A stretch of DNA of 64,000 nucleotides from an uncultured Chloroflexia bacterium (lineage in GTDB: Bacteria; Chloroflexota; Dehalococcoidia; DSTF01; JALHUB01). Under the pieces are notes generated by a model that was not told the DNA's origin, did not search any database, and saw only the letters and a program-made list of their open reading frames with translations. Location: assembly GCA_963703345.1 (NCBI GenBank), contig OY969814.1:1961130-2025129 (forward strand). Reading direction: 5' to 3'. Shown one piece after another: positions 62,643 through 64,000 of the stretch (position 1 is the first letter of the stretch; every line of letters starts with the position of its first letter). Position numbers and translations under genes: made by a program.

Positions 62643-63323
62643 TCACAGACCCAGGGCTGTCAGGACAGCGCGCCAATCGGAGAGGTCCGGGAATAGGAAG
62701 TCTGGGTGAGCCGAGCGTAGGACGTCTTCACCGGTGAAGCCGCTGGCGATAGCAACGGCTATCGCGTTATTCGCGCGGGCGGCTTCGATGTCATAGACAG
62801 TGTCGCCGAAGACGTAGACGGCGCTCTGGCCATCGGCTGCGAGGCGGCGCTTCGCGAGCGCGATTAGGTCGGCGCGCTCCTCGACCTCTTCCCCGAAAGC
62901 GCCTCCGTCGAAGAAGTCCCACAGCCCGAAGTGAGAGAGCTTCATCTCCGCGCCGCGACGGAAGTTGCCGGTCGCCAGGCTGAGTCGAACGTCGGGCCGC
63001 GAATGGAGGGCGGTCAGGAGCTCGCGGACGCCGGGCAGGGCGCGGCCGCCTTCGGCCTCGGACAATGTATGCGCGAGATGGCGGGTGTAGGCGTCGCGGA
63101 AGCGGTCAACGATGCGGGGAAAGTCGGTCGCATCGATGCCGTGTTTGTCGAGGGCGGCGCGCAGGATCGCCGTGTCGATGCGGCCGGCCACTTCGACGCC
63201 GATGAGCCCATTTTGGCGGCCGAAGAGGTCGGCGAAGGCGAGACTCATGGCGCGGACGCCGGCGCCGCCCGTGAGGATGAGCGTGCCGTCGACGTCGAAG
63301 AGCAGGAGCTTGGGTGCTGGCAT
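62643..63323 (-). CDS. HAD-superfamily hydrolase (phosphoglycolate-phosphatase-like)
   Basis: LLLFDVDGTL motif I, ...YVFGDTVYDIEAA motif IV. Confidence 0.8.
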   Translation of the reverse strand: MPAPKLLLFDVDGTLILTGGAGVRAMSLAFADLFGRQNGLIGVEVAGRIDTAILRAALDKHGIDATDFPRIVDRFRDAYTRHLAHTLSEAEGGRALPGVRELLTALHSRPDVRLSLATGNFRRGAEMKLSHFGLWDFFDGGAFGEEVEERADLIALAKRRLAADGQSAVYVFGDTVYDIEAARANNAIAVAIASGFTGEDVLRSAHPDFLFPDLSDWRAVLTALGL

Positions 63324-63436
63324 AGGTTGAAGGGACCGTCCGACCTTCCTCATTGTAGCGCAGGGCCATCAAGGAGGCCAGCGTTGACGCCCTACGGGGG
63401 CGGGTGCGAAACTGGAATTAGGGGAAGTATTCGCGA

Positions 63437-64000
63437 ATGATGGCTCTGCTGGCGATATTCGGTTCGTCGTTCCTGATAAGCCTTTCCGGAGCGCTGATGC
63501 CCGGGCCGCTGTTCACGCTTTCGGTGCGGGAGACGCTACGTCGCGGCTTCTGGGTCGGGCCGCTGCTGGCGACAGGGCACGCGCTGATCGAGCTGGCGCT
63601 GGTCGTCGCGCTGGCGCTGGGGCTGAGCGAGTTCCTGGGCGAAGGCAAAGGGACGGCGGCGATCGCGATGCTGGGCGGGACGTTCCTCATCTGGATGGGC
63701 TACGAGATGCTGCGGACGGCGCCGCGACAGGAGCTGAACCTGCCTGCCACCGGACGCGGTTCCGCGCCTCAGCCGGCGCCGGTGCCGATCCCAATCGAAG
63801 ACCCGCCGTGGAGCGCCGGACGGCCAAGTTATCGACGACGACTCATGGCGGCGATGCGCGGCGTGGATGCTTCGGGCGGCCGAGAAGGCGCGGCGAAGAG
63901 CATCCTGGTGCCGGCGGGTGTGCTGGTGAGCGTCGCGAACCCGTACTGGATCATCTGGTGGGCTACGATCGGGATGGCGTACATCGACAAGTCGCTGGCG
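63437..64000 (+). CDS. LysE/RhtB-family amino-acid exporter; the 3' end runs off the window
   Basis: MMALLAIFGSSFLISLSGALMPGPLFTLSVRETLRRGFWVGPLLATGHALIE is the LysE-family N-terminus (PGP motif). Confidence 0.8.
   Translation, partial: MMALLAIFGSSFLISLSGALMPGPLFTLSVRETLRRGFWVGPLLATGHALIELALVVALALGLSEFLGEGKGTAAIAMLGGTFLIWMGYEMLRTAPRQELNLPATGRGSAPQPAPVPIPIEDPPWSAGRPSYRRRLMAAMRGVDASGGREGAAKSILVPAGVLVSVANPYWIIWWATIGMAYIDKSLA

Overview
This is a high-GC (~67%) bacterial chromosomal segment, probably Chloroflexota/Thermomicrobia-like on gene content (TreT, split PFOR, tad genes, YtxH/DarA). It is dense with conserved housekeeping genes on both strands: glyQS, hppA, otsB/otsA, rarA, mutS2, rsmI, hisS-prfA-prmC, relA, uvrA, rnhB-yraN, ftsH, nfo, dut, tldD/pmbA and a two-gene pyruvate/2-oxoacid:ferredoxin oxidoreductase. 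Two tRNAs are complete: tRNA-Met(CAT) at 10358-10432 and tRNA-Ser(TGA) at 35185-35273. A tRNA-like 3' fragment lies next to an orphan tadE/tadG pair. No CRISPR array, rRNA, transposase or integrase was seen.

The stretches that look accessory or unusual are:
- otsA is split by a +1 frameshift, while two TreT-type trehalose synthase paralogs are intact downstream.
- An SRA(YDG)-HNH nuclease overlaps the uvrA stop codon.
- A lower-GC stretch from about 34.4 to 37.9 kb holds an unknown 156-aa protein, tRNA-Ser, a bacterial translin homolog, two tandem FmdB zinc-ribbon genes and a Cas4-like PD-(D/E)XK nuclease. Two copies of a ~57-nt hairpin-containing repeat bracket part of it.
- A perfect sigma70 consensus promoter drives a putative ~75-nt structured sRNA between nfo and a NYN-domain gene.
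- A radical-SAM/SPASM gene plus two siroheme-decarboxylase-like genes form an overlapping operon.
- A 566-aa PEP-utilizing-enzyme/RPH-like protein lacks its ATP-grasp domain.

All functional calls come from reading the translated ORFs by eye. No database search was run.
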